From NCBI RefSeq assembly GCF_000253055.1, contig NC_016070.1:960001-992000 (forward strand): a stretch of 32,000 bases of DNA, read 5' to 3'. This stretch comes from Thermoproteus tenax Kra 1 (lineage in GTDB: Archaea > Thermoproteota > Thermoprotei > Thermoproteales > Thermoproteaceae). The notes beneath the pieces were generated by a model that worked only from the letters and a program-made list of their open reading frames with translations, was not told the origin of the DNA and did not search any database. The translations under genes were made by a program, and so were the position numbers. Shown here piece by piece: positions 1-8,213 of the stretch (the stretch's first letter is position 1; the number at the start of each line of letters is the position of its first letter).

Positions 1-312
1 GTCCTAGTCGACGATGCCAATAAGCCCGTGGGTATTATTACTGAGAGGGACGTAGTGAAGGCGCTCGCCAGAGGTCTCACATTGGACGACCAAGCCTCCC
101 GGGCCGGCACTATGGGGGACCTAGTGACGGCGCAGCCCTCCGAGGACGCCTACGTTGCACTGAAAAGAATGCGCGAGAGGAGGATAAGGCACTTGGTCTT
201 GGTGAATAACGACGGGACTCTCGCCGGCGTGATATCTATACGCGATCTGTTGGAGGATGTAGCGTTAAAATACCTCGGGGATAAAGTATGGTGGCCTCCT
301 CCGGAGGATTGA
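1..312 (+). CDS. CBS-domain pair protein, 5' end outside the window
   Basis: Frame 1 is open from base 1 (VLVDDANKPVGIITERDVVKAL...). The track ORF 28..312 starts only at an internal GTG. GIITERDVV and GVISIRDLL are typical CBS-unit endings. Confidence 0.8.
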   Translation, partial: VLVDDANKPVGIITERDVVKALARGLTLDDQASRAGTMGDLVTAQPSEDAYVALKRMRERRIRHLVLVNNDGTLAGVISIRDLLEDVALKYLGDKVWWPPPED

Positions 313-719
313 AGGTCGGGGATCTTGTCAGAAGACCCCCCTTGGTCATCCACCCCGACTCCACGTTGTTGGAGGCGGTTGACAGACTGATGGAGCACAA
401 CGTGGGCGCTCTGGTCGTCGTTAGGCGGGAGGAGCCCGACAAGGCTGTGGCGGTGCTCTCGGAGAGAGACATAGTGCGGGCCCTCAACATGAGGATGGCC
501 CTCTCCACGCCCGTCGAGGCCTTTATGTCTCCAGGGGTTATCTCCATAGAGTACGACCAGCCGTTGTCGAAAGCCGCCGAGCTTATGTGGAGATACAACG
601 TAAGACATTTAGTTGTCACCAAGGAGGGCAAGCTCTACGGAGTCATATCTATACGCGACTTGATCAAGCCTGAATCGCTCCAGGCGATATGTAGGGAGGG
701 GCTGTTTCACAGTTCTTGA
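288..719 (+). CDS. CBS-domain pair protein (143 aa)
   Basis: Two CBS units (...AVAVLSERDIVRAL... and ...LYGVISIRDLI...). Overlaps the upstream CBS gene by 25 nt. The last ~22 nt overlap repeat copy A. Confidence 0.85.
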   Translation: MVASSGGLKVGDLVRRPPLVIHPDSTLLEAVDRLMEHNVGALVVVRREEPDKAVAVLSERDIVRALNMRMALSTPVEAFMSPGVISIEYDQPLSKAAELMWRYNVRHLVVTKEGKLYGVISIRDLIKPESLQAICREGLFHSS

Positions 720-848
720 TCGTTGCCCCCATGCCCGATGGCCCCGCGCCGGAGGCAGCCGGGCTGTCAGCGAAGGCGCAGGCGAGGAGGAGGCCCTTGG
801 GCGCGAGCGGCCGGCTGCAATCAGCGGTGGACGCCTAGGGACAGACGG
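698..848 (+). repeat. Copy A of a ~260-nt GC-rich dispersed element (internally deleted derivative)
   Basis: 721-848 aligns by eye with the reverse complement of 27936-28063 (8 mismatches in 128 nt). 721-791 aligns with 18491-18561 (3 mismatches in 71 nt). The 5' flank ggggctgtttcacagttcttgatcg resembles the 5' end of copy C (ggggctgtttcataccgatcg). About 115 nt present in copies B and C are missing. Confidence 0.85.
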
Positions 849-905
849 GGCGCCTGACCATATAAATATGGTATATACTGGAAAGGGGAAATATATAGCA
901 TTACC

Positions 906-920
906 TCTATAATTTATTTA
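906..920 (+). promoter_or_regulatory. TATA-like box for the thiolase operon (leaderless-type spacing)
   Basis: ctataatttattta is centred ~21 nt upstream of ATG 933 in an AT-rich spacer. Confidence 0.4.
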
Positions 921-932
921 TTGAACATCTTT

Positions 933-2072
933 ATGGTACTGGCCTATCTCGTTGCCGCCGGCATGAGCAAGATAGGCAAGAGGGAGGAGAGCTCGCGGGA
1001 GCTCGTCGAAGAGGCCTTCCGCGAGGTCCTAGAGGTCGTGGATCCGAGGGAGATAGAGGCGGTCTACGTCGGCGTCCAGTCTGAGACGTACGAGCACCAG
1101 ATAATGTACGGCTCCCTCATCGCTGAGGCGCTCGGCCTCCTGCCCAGGGAGGCGTATAGAGTTGAAGCGTGCGCCGCCGCAGGCGCGTTGGCGCTTCATA
1201 ACGCCGTATTGGCGGTCAGATCGGGGCTTGTTGACGTTGCTCTGGCGGTGGGCGTCGAGAAGATGACCGCCAAGAGCACTCAAGAGGTCACAGACGCCCT
1301 CATGGCGGCCAGCGACCTCGTCGACCAGCTCAGCGGAGTGACGATACCTGCCCACTACGCCATGGTGGCGAGGAGGTATATGTACCTCTACGGCGCAACT
1401 GAGGAGGATCTGTGCGCCGTGGCTGTCAAAAACCACAGACACGCTTTAGAAAACCCCAAGGCCCACTTCAGAAAGGCCATAAGCGTGGAAGAGTGCCTCA
1501 GGAGCAAGCCCGTGGCCACTCCGTTGAAGTTGCTCGATTCGGCGCCCATAAGCGACGGAGCGGCACTCGCCGTAGTGGCCTCCGAGAGGGCCGCGAGGAG
1601 GCTGACCGACGCGCCGGTGAAGATATTGGCGTCGACGGTGGCCACGGACACTCTGAGCGTATCCCAGAGGGACGACCTAATCTGGCCCAGGGCAGTGTAC
1701 GAGGCCGCCCAGAGGGCCTACAGACAGTCGGGCCTGGAGCCCTCGAAGATCCAAGTGGCCGAGGTTCATGACGCCTTCACTATAAACGAGATACTCATGT
1801 ACGAGGCCCTGGGATTTGCCGAGAGGGGGAAGGGGTATCTGCTTGCGCGAGAGGGCCAGACCTACATAGGAGGGAAAATACCGGTAAACCCAGATGGCGG
1901 CCTCAAGGCCAGGGGACACCCCATCGGCGCCACGGGCTTAGCCCAGATCTATGAGCTCTACCTACAGCTGACGGGTAGAGCGGGGCGGAGGAACACGGGC
2001 GCCGAGATCGGAATAGCCGTCAACGAGGGCGGCGTCAACTCAACGGCGGTGGTACACATACTGTCGGCATGA
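933..2072 (+). CDS. Thiolase-family acetyl-CoA C-acyltransferase (archaeal, DUF35-partnered type)
   Basis: N-terminus VAAGMSKIGKR, nucleophile-Cys context VEACAAAGALAL, and C-terminal NPDGGLKARGHPIGATG and NEGG motifs. I prefer ATG 933 over the track's TTG 921 because of the TATA spacing. The stop overlaps the next gene (ATGA at 2069-2072). Confidence 0.85.
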   Translation: MVLAYLVAAGMSKIGKREESSRELVEEAFREVLEVVDPREIEAVYVGVQSETYEHQIMYGSLIAEALGLLPREAYRVEACAAAGALALHNAVLAVRSGLVDVALAVGVEKMTAKSTQEVTDALMAASDLVDQLSGVTIPAHYAMVARRYMYLYGATEEDLCAVAVKNHRHALENPKAHFRKAISVEECLRSKPVATPLKLLDSAPISDGAALAVVASERAARRLTDAPVKILASTVATDTLSVSQRDDLIWPRAVYEAAQRAYRQSGLEPSKIQVAEVHDAFTINEILMYEALGFAERGKGYLLAREGQTYIGGKIPVNPDGGLKARGHPIGATGLAQIYELYLQLTGRAGRRNTGAEIGIAVNEGGVNSTAVVHILSA

Positions 2073-2419
2073 CCTCCCTCCTCTTCAGAGGGCTGGCGGA
2101 GGGGAAGCTCTTGGGCTCAGTCTGTCCGAGCTGCGGGGCGCGCGCCTTTCCGCCGAAGCGCCTCTGTCCCAAGTGCTACAGAGAGATGGAGATTGTGGAA
2201 ATACCCAAGAGGGGGTATGTGTTGACCTACAGCGAGGTCTACGTCTCTAACGGCCTCTACGATCCTCCCTATACGGTGGCCATAGCCGATTTCGGCGGGT
2301 TCAGAGTGCCTGGGCTTGTGGACGGCAGAGTAGAGATAGGAGACGCAGTGGAGTGGAGCGTGGCTGAGACCAAAGCGGGCCTGTGGTACAAGTTCAAGAG
2401 GGCTGGAGACAATCCTTAA
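2069..2419 (+). CDS. DUF35-type Zn-ribbon/OB-fold protein (thiolase partner)
   Basis: CPSCGARAFPPKRLCPKC four-Cys ribbon followed by a beta-rich C-terminal part. Translationally coupled to the thiolase gene, the usual archaeal arrangement. Confidence 0.8.
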   Translation: MTSLLFRGLAEGKLLGSVCPSCGARAFPPKRLCPKCYREMEIVEIPKRGYVLTYSEVYVSNGLYDPPYTVAIADFGGFRVPGLVDGRVEIGDAVEWSVAETKAGLWYKFKRAGDNP

Positions 2420-2442
2420 TAATAATGTCTTTCTAGAGATCT

Positions 2443-3660
2443 ATGGAGTTCTCTATAACTGGAGAGGACAAGATATTCCTCGATTCGGTCAAGGCGTTCG
2501 TCGAGCGCGAGATAGCGCCCCGTTGGGTCGATATCGACGAAGGGAGATGGGCCATAGAGGACGTCGCCGCAGCTCTCGGCAAGGCGGGGCTCATAGGGAT
2601 CCCCCTAAGCTCTAGGTACGGAGGCCAAGACGGCGCATTTCTGCAGGCGGCTCTGGCCGTGGAGGAGTTGGCGTACGCCGACCCCTCGCTCGCAACTCCG
2701 GTCTACGTACTGCTTGAGACTGCGTGGCCCTTCGTAGTGCAGAGGTACGGCAGAGATGAGGTCAAGGAGGAGGTCCTGCCCGAGGTGGCCAAAGGCAGGG
2801 CCTTCGTGGGGATAGCGTCCACGGAGCCTCAAGGAGGGAGCGACGTGGCCTCTTTCCAGACCAAGGCTGTGAGGGAGGGGGGCGTCTGGAGGCTGTACGG
2901 CGAGAAGAACATGGTGACCGGCGTGGCGACGGCACTGAACCTCCCCTACGGCGGCGGCGCGGTGGCCATAGTTAGGACGGGGAGGCCCGAGGACAAACAT
3001 AGGGGTATAAGCCTCTTCCTAGCTTTGCTCAAGAGGAGGGGGATCAAGAGGGAGGGGTTCACCTATAGAGACTGGGGCGAAATAGGGCGGCACGGACTTC
3101 CCACGGGGTATCTCACCTTCAACGGGCTGGAGGTCGAGGAGCAGTTCCTCTTGGGAGAGCTCAACGGCGGCTTCAAGATAGCCATGGAGGGCTTCGACTT
3201 GGCCAGGACCATGATAGGCGCGGCGGCCGTCGGAGCAACTCGATGGCTCTTGGACAGAGGCCTTGAGTGGATAAGGCAGAGGACAGTGTTCGGGAGGCCC
3301 ATCGCCTCATATCAAGCGATCTCCTTCAAATTCGCAGAGCTCTACGCGCGCCTGGAGGCAGCGAGGTTGGCGGTGTATAAGGCGGCGTGGATAGCCGATA
3401 GATTCTTCAGAGGGGACACGGCGTTCACCATCAAGGACGTGGCAACCGCTGGGGCCACGGCGAAGCTCCTCGCCGTCCCGCTCGCCGTAGAGACGGCGTT
3501 GGAGGTCATGAAGTGGTTCGGCGGAGCTGCGTACTTTAAGGAGACCAACGTCGCGCGGGTCCTGTTGGGGGCTCTGTCCTACTACGTGGGCGCCGAGGGG
3601 GCAGAGAATATAATGAAGCTGATAATAGCTAGGAACATCGTGGGGAAGGACTATGTCTAA
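2443..3660 (+). CDS. Acyl-CoA dehydrogenase (405 aa)
   Basis: ACAD-like layout: N-terminal helical domain, central GIASTEPQGGSDVAS motif, and C-terminal ...GAEGAENIMKLIIAR aligning with the YEGTxEIQRLVIAR catalytic-Glu motif. Confidence 0.85.
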   Translation: MEFSITGEDKIFLDSVKAFVEREIAPRWVDIDEGRWAIEDVAAALGKAGLIGIPLSSRYGGQDGAFLQAALAVEELAYADPSLATPVYVLLETAWPFVVQRYGRDEVKEEVLPEVAKGRAFVGIASTEPQGGSDVASFQTKAVREGGVWRLYGEKNMVTGVATALNLPYGGGAVAIVRTGRPEDKHRGISLFLALLKRRGIKREGFTYRDWGEIGRHGLPTGYLTFNGLEVEEQFLLGELNGGFKIAMEGFDLARTMIGAAAVGATRWLLDRGLEWIRQRTVFGRPIASYQAISFKFAELYARLEAARLAVYKAAWIADRFFRGDTAFTIKDVATAGATAKLLAVPLAVETALEVMKWFGGAAYFKETNVARVLLGALSYYVGAEGAENIMKLIIARNIVGKDYV

Positions 3661-4801
3661 GTATCCACAGCTGGGGGAGGAGCACGAGCTGGTGAGAAAG
3701 ACGGCTAGGGAGTTCGCCGAGAGGAGGGTGGTGCCGGCCGCCAGAGCTATCGACGAAGGCAACTATCCCAGAGACCTCTTGAGGGAAATGGGCGATCTGG
3801 GACTCCTAGCTCCACATATACCTCAAGAGTTCGGCGGCGCCGGCCTAGACTTCAGAAGCATGGTGATAGTAGTGGAGGAGATAGCTAAGGCGAGCCCCGC
3901 CTTAGCCACGGTAGCGGAGGTGCAGGGCTCCATGATATCCTATAACCTATACCGATACGCTCAGCCCAACGTCAGAGAGAAGTGGTTGGAGGACGTGGCC
4001 AAGGGCCGGAAGATAGTGGCCTTCGCCCTCTCCGAGCCGTGTTGCGGCAGCGATGCTGCGGCTATACAGACGAGGGCCGAGAGGAGGGGCGGAGAGTGGG
4101 TCATTAACGGCGTAAAGCTGTGGATAACCTCGGGCCTATACGCCGACGCCTACCTAGTGGCCGCCAGGACGGGGCCGCCGGAGCTGAGGCATAAGTCCAT
4201 CAGCCTCTTCCTAGTGGAGAGATCGAGATGTATTGAGACATCGCCCATAAAGGTCATGGGAGTCCACGGGACGGGCACCGCCGAGGTCAAATTCAACGAC
4301 TGCGTTGTGGGGGAGGAGGCGCTGGTGGGGAAGCTCAACGAGGGCTTCCAAGTGGTCTTGGACGATTTGAACAACGGAAGGACTTGCGTGGGGGCAATAG
4401 GCTTGGGCATAGCTGAGGCGGCCTTCGCCGAGGCCTACGCCTACTCGAAGAAGAGGACCGCCTTCGGGAGGCCGCTGGCCGAGTTCCAAGTCCTCCAACA
4501 CTACCTCGCCAACGCCTACGTCCAGACAGAAGCCGTGAGGAACGTGGTCTATCTGGCGGCCTTCTACAGAGATGCGGACGATCCGAGCTTCCCCATGTAT
4601 GCCCAGCTGGCCAAAGTGTTGGGCTCTAGACTGGCCGTCGAGACCACCAGAGTCGCCATGCAGATCATGGGGGGCTTCGGCTACTCCACCGAGTCGAGGG
4701 TCGAGATGTTGTATAGAGACGCCAAGGCCACTGAGATCTATGAGGGCGCGAACGAGGTCATATTGAACACGATATATAAATTCTTGGAGAAAGCTCTATA
4801 G
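3653..4801 (+). CDS. Acyl-CoA dehydrogenase (382 aa)
   Basis: FALSEPCCGSDAAA motif, QIMGGFGY, and C-terminal IYEGANEV catalytic-Glu motif. 8-nt overlap with the upstream ACAD gene. Confidence 0.9.
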   Translation: MSKYPQLGEEHELVRKTAREFAERRVVPAARAIDEGNYPRDLLREMGDLGLLAPHIPQEFGGAGLDFRSMVIVVEEIAKASPALATVAEVQGSMISYNLYRYAQPNVREKWLEDVAKGRKIVAFALSEPCCGSDAAAIQTRAERRGGEWVINGVKLWITSGLYADAYLVAARTGPPELRHKSISLFLVERSRCIETSPIKVMGVHGTGTAEVKFNDCVVGEEALVGKLNEGFQVVLDDLNNGRTCVGAIGLGIAEAAFAEAYAYSKKRTAFGRPLAEFQVLQHYLANAYVQTEAVRNVVYLAAFYRDADDPSFPMYAQLAKVLGSRLAVETTRVAMQIMGGFGYSTESRVEMLYRDAKATEIYEGANEVILNTIYKFLEKAL

Positions 4802-5359
4802 GGGCCTCTTCAGCTCGTAGGGCCTCCACCCGAGCTGTCTCCTGAACTCGTTTATGAGCTCCACGGCCTTTTCCTTCTCCTCCTTGGGCATATCCCGCTT
4901 GTGGAGGACTCCCATGAACAAGGCGTAGAGTCTCGCGTTTATCACCTTGGGAGAAAGGCCGTACTCCATGTCCTCCTTGAGCTCGTCCAATATCTCCTTC
5001 ACCTCTTCGGCGCTCGTTAGGCCCTTCCCGCCTATATCTTTCACCTTTCTGCCGAGGTAGAGGCGGCCCCTTTCTACTACTACGACTTTTCCGTTGTCGA
5101 AAGTGACCCTCCCCTTGAACACTCTATCGTAGAACTCCCAAGCATCGGCGGCCTCAGGCTCCAGCTTCCTCAGACGAGTCAGTACGAACCTTCTTATCTC
5201 GTCGCTTGAGACCCTGCCCCTCTTCTTAACCCACTCGTCCAACTCCTTCACTATTTCCTTTGCGACTTCCTCCGAGGCGCCAGCCCTCAGAAGAGAGCTG
5301 TAGACTTTATCCTCGATATATTCCTCCTCAGCCCCCGACCTTTTAACGACTTTGGGCAT
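4796..5359 (-). CDS. ATP-cone domain protein (187 aa)
   Basis: N-terminus VVKRSGAEEEYIEDKVYSSLLRAG...SSDEIRRFVLTRL fits the ATP-cone pattern (V.KRdG..e.f...Ki..sl). I do not recognise the C-terminal half. Convergent with the ACAD gene, with overlapping stop codons. Confidence 0.6.
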   Translation of the reverse strand: MPKVVKRSGAEEEYIEDKVYSSLLRAGASEEVAKEIVKELDEWVKKRGRVSSDEIRRFVLTRLRKLEPEAADAWEFYDRVFKGRVTFDNGKVVVVERGRLYLGRKVKDIGGKGLTSAEEVKEILDELKEDMEYGLSPKVINARLYALFMGVLHKRDMPKEEKEKAVELINEFRRQLGWRPYELKRPL

Positions 5360-5766
5360 TACGAATTGTACTTAAATATTAATGAGTTTAGCTTACATAT
5401 GCCTGAGGAGCAGAAAAAGAAGGAGGAGAAAGAGAGCAAGAAAGTTACAGTTCTGCGGTTCTACGAAGGCGGAATAATGTAGTGGAGCTCGCGTAGTGTA
5501 TAATATTTCGTCATTTTATATCAGAACATCACTGGGAGCTCCAATCGCTATTTAAATCGCTTCGCACCGGAACTAAGCTATTAAAACCTAGGCTATTATA
5601 TAGATCACAATAAAGACAATACATAATTATGTTTTTGAAAATTTGTTTTTTCATAATCAATAAAATTATAATTTCGCTAAATAAAATCTCAATTTTACTT
5701 ATTAATAATTTAAAATATATAAAATATAAAATAATAGAAACTATCCTTATGTAAAAAGATAAAAAT

Positions 5767-5800
5767 TAGCAAAAATAATCTATATAAATAATTTTTGCTA
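5767..5800 (+). promoter_or_regulatory. acs promoter: TATA box (5781-5790) flanked by a perfect 10-bp inverted repeat
   Basis: tagcaaaaat (5767-5776) and atttttgcta (5791-5800) are exact reverse complements. The 14-nt spacer aatctatataaata holds the TATA box ~23 nt upstream of ATG 5808. Confidence 0.5.
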
Positions 5801-5807
5801 CATAACT

Positions 5808-7808
5808 ATGGAAACTCTGGACGTCAAACTACCGTTTAATACTTATGTAATTAATGAACGATATAAGACCTCGCCCGATGCCATCAAGTCCTACTGGGAC
5901 CTCCACAGACGGAGCATCGAGAACTTCGAGGAGTTCTGGGCCTCGATAGCTAGGGAGCTCGAGTGGTTCAAGCCCTGGGACAAAGTGCTGGACGCGTCCA
6001 ACCCGCCCTTCTACAGATGGTTCGTCGGAGGGGAGCTGAATCTGTCCTACCTGGCTCTGGACAGACACGTCAAAACTTGGCGCAAGAACAAGCTCGCCCT
6101 CATATGGGAGGGGGAGCCCGTGGACCAGAGCGGCTACCCGGTGGACAGGAGGAAGCTCACGTACTACGACATGTGGAGGGAGGTGAACAGAGTGGCATGC
6201 ATGCTGCACTGCAACTTCGGGATAGGGAGAGGCGACCGCGTGGCCCTCTATATGCCGATGATTCCAGAGGCCCTTATAGCGATATTGGCCATATGGCGCA
6301 TAGGCGCTGTCCACACTACTATTTTCTCTGGATTCTCCGCCGAGGCTCTCGCCGATAGATTGGCCGACTATAAGCCCAGGGCCGTGATAACTGTGGACGG
6401 CTTCTGGAGGAGGGGCAAGGTGGTGAGGCTGAAGGAGATTGTGGACAAGGCGCTGGAGAAGGCGCCGGGCGCCGAAGCGGTCTTCGTAGTGAGGAGGTTG
6501 GGCCTAAACGACGTGCCTATGACTGAGGGCAGAGACTGGTTCTGGGAGAAGGCCTTGGCCGGCGTAAAACAGAACGCGTATGTGGAGCCCATACCTGTCA
6601 AGAGCGAGGAGATATCCCACATTCTCTACACCTCGGGCACCACCGGGAAGCCCAAGGGCATAATGCACGATACAGGGGGATTCGCCGTCTCAATATACGC
6701 CGATATGAAGCATATATTCGACGTGAAAGACGACGAGGTCTACTGGTGCACCGGCGACATAGGCTGGGGCACCGGCGCCTGGTATGTGGCCTTCGGCCCC
6801 TTCGTCATGGGTCTCACTCAAGTTATGTACGAGGGCGCGCCCGACTTCCCTCAGCCCGACCGCTGGTGGGCGATCATAGAGAGATACGGCGTGAACGTGT
6901 TCTTCTCCTCGCCGACGGCCATCCGCATGTTCATGCGCTACGGCGAGGAGTGGCCGAGGAAGCACGATCTGTCTACCCTCAGGGCCATATTCACTGTAGG
7001 AGAGCCGCAGAATCCCGAGGCCTTCTGGTGGATGTACAAGGTGTTGGGCAACGAGAGGATCTTTGTGGGATCCACCTGGGGTATGACGGAGACTGGCGCC
7101 GTGCCTCTCGATATAGCGCCTGCCCTCTTCCTCCTCCCCATGAAGCCTGGAGCGAACGGCCCGCCCAGGCTCGGCTACGACATAGACGTCGTCGACGAGA
7201 GCGGCAAGCCGGCGCCGCCGGGCGTCAGAGGCTACCTCGTGATCAAGAGGCCGTGGCCGGGCATGCTCCACGGCATATGGGGCGACCCGGAGCGCTACAT
7301 CAAGACGTACTGGTCGAGGTTCCCCGGCATGTTCTACGCCGGCGACTACGCCATAAGGGACCAGGACGGCTACATATGGGTGTTGGGCAGAGCCGACGAG
7401 GTGATAAAGGTCGCGGGCCACCGCCTCGGCACCTACGAGCTGGAGTCGGCGTTTATATCCCACCCGGCCGTCGCCGAGGCCGCAGTGATAGGAGTGCCCG
7501 ACCCGATAAAGGGCGAGGTGCCCATAGCGTTCGTTATACCAAAAGCCGGCGTCAACGCCGACGAGAGACTGGCAACGGAGCTACGCCAGCACATAAGGAA
7601 CACCGTGGGACCAATAGCGGAGCCTGCGCAGATATTCTTCGTGACGAAGCTCCCCAAGACGCGCTCGGGCAAGATAATGCGCAGAGTGCTCAAGGCGGTC
7701 GTCACGGGAGGACAGATCGGCGACGTCACCACGTTGGAGGACGAGACCTCTGTGGAAGAGGTGAAGAGGGTCTACGAGGAAGTGAAAAAAGAAATAACCG
7801 GCCAGTAA
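5808..7808 (+). CDS. acs: Acetyl-CoA synthetase, AMP-forming (666 aa)
   Basis: YTSGTTGKPKG AMP-binding signature (6627-6659), N-terminal FWA...L.W..PW Acs-type region, YWCTGDIGW, and C-terminal LPKTRSGKIMRR. Confidence 0.9.
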   Translation: METLDVKLPFNTYVINERYKTSPDAIKSYWDLHRRSIENFEEFWASIARELEWFKPWDKVLDASNPPFYRWFVGGELNLSYLALDRHVKTWRKNKLALIWEGEPVDQSGYPVDRRKLTYYDMWREVNRVACMLHCNFGIGRGDRVALYMPMIPEALIAILAIWRIGAVHTTIFSGFSAEALADRLADYKPRAVITVDGFWRRGKVVRLKEIVDKALEKAPGAEAVFVVRRLGLNDVPMTEGRDWFWEKALAGVKQNAYVEPIPVKSEEISHILYTSGTTGKPKGIMHDTGGFAVSIYADMKHIFDVKDDEVYWCTGDIGWGTGAWYVAFGPFVMGLTQVMYEGAPDFPQPDRWWAIIERYGVNVFFSSPTAIRMFMRYGEEWPRKHDLSTLRAIFTVGEPQNPEAFWWMYKVLGNERIFVGSTWGMTETGAVPLDIAPALFLLPMKPGANGPPRLGYDIDVVDESGKPAPPGVRGYLVIKRPWPGMLHGIWGDPERYIKTYWSRFPGMFYAGDYAIRDQDGYIWVLGRADEVIKVAGHRLGTYELESAFISHPAVAEAAVIGVPDPIKGEVPIAFVIPKAGVNADERLATELRQHIRNTVGPIAEPAQIFFVTKLPKTRSGKIMRRVLKAVVTGGQIGDVTTLEDETSVEEVKRVYEEVKKEITGQ

Positions 7809-7817
7809 CAACCCTTA

Positions 7818-8213
7818 ATGCCTTTTGAGGCCAAGTTCTACATCTATTGGTCTCAGACAGACGCGGCTGGGATAGCCCACTTCTCGGAGTTCTTCAGCCT
7901 GGTGGAGCACGCCGAGGAGGAGCTCTACAGAGCCAAGGGCGTCTTGGACGCCCACGGCCGGATGCCGAGGGTGGAGGCCTACGCAGTGTTTAAATCGCCG
8001 TTGAGGAGGGGGGATCTTGCGAGGGTCGTGTTGAGGCCTCTGGAGGTTAAAGAAAAGGCCGTCAAATACGGCTTTGAGATATACAACGAGACGACCGGCG
8101 CCCTATCGGCGACTGGCCACATAGTGGCTGTGTGCGTTGAGAACGAGGGAGGAAGGCTCAAGTCAACTAGGTGCCCCCAAGAGCTGTTGGATGCATGGCG
8201 AAGCGTAGAGTAA
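7818..8213 (+). CDS. Hotdog-fold acyl-CoA thioesterase (4HBT/YbgC-like, 131 aa)
   Basis: YIYWSQTDAAGIAHFSEFFSLVEHAEEELYRAKG matches the 4HBT pattern (v.y.DtD..G.v....y....e.A..e.l). Size is typical of a single hotdog domain. Confidence 0.7.
   Translation: MPFEAKFYIYWSQTDAAGIAHFSEFFSLVEHAEEELYRAKGVLDAHGRMPRVEAYAVFKSPLRRGDLARVVLRPLEVKEKAVKYGFEIYNETTGALSATGHIVAVCVENEGGRLKSTRCPQELLDAWRSVE

Noticed and set aside
1-719. The two overlapping CBS ORFs as one frameshifted gene (pseudogene).
   Set aside because: Each ORF contains its own complete pair of CBS units. The second has a proper ATG with a 25-nt overlap, typical of coupled genes in this window.
5580-5807. The ~230-nt, ~85% AT tract as a replication origin unwinding element.
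   Set aside because: I could not recognise repeated ORB or mini-ORB-like boxes flanking it. No orc1/cdc6 or whiP gene is adjacent. It directly precedes a leaderless gene, so promoter or regulatory DNA is the simpler reading. Marker-frequency analysis would settle it.
6690-7828. Long alternative-frame and antisense ORFs inside acs (6690..7463 minus strand, 257 aa; 6746..7828 plus strand, 360 aa). Similar ORFs lie inside other genes (e.g. 19592..20482, 24821..25402, 3307..3762).
   Set aside because: Their translations are Arg/Gly/Pro/His-rich and low in complexity. They lie entirely within genes that have strong family motifs in another frame. This is typical stop-codon depletion in GC-rich coding DNA.
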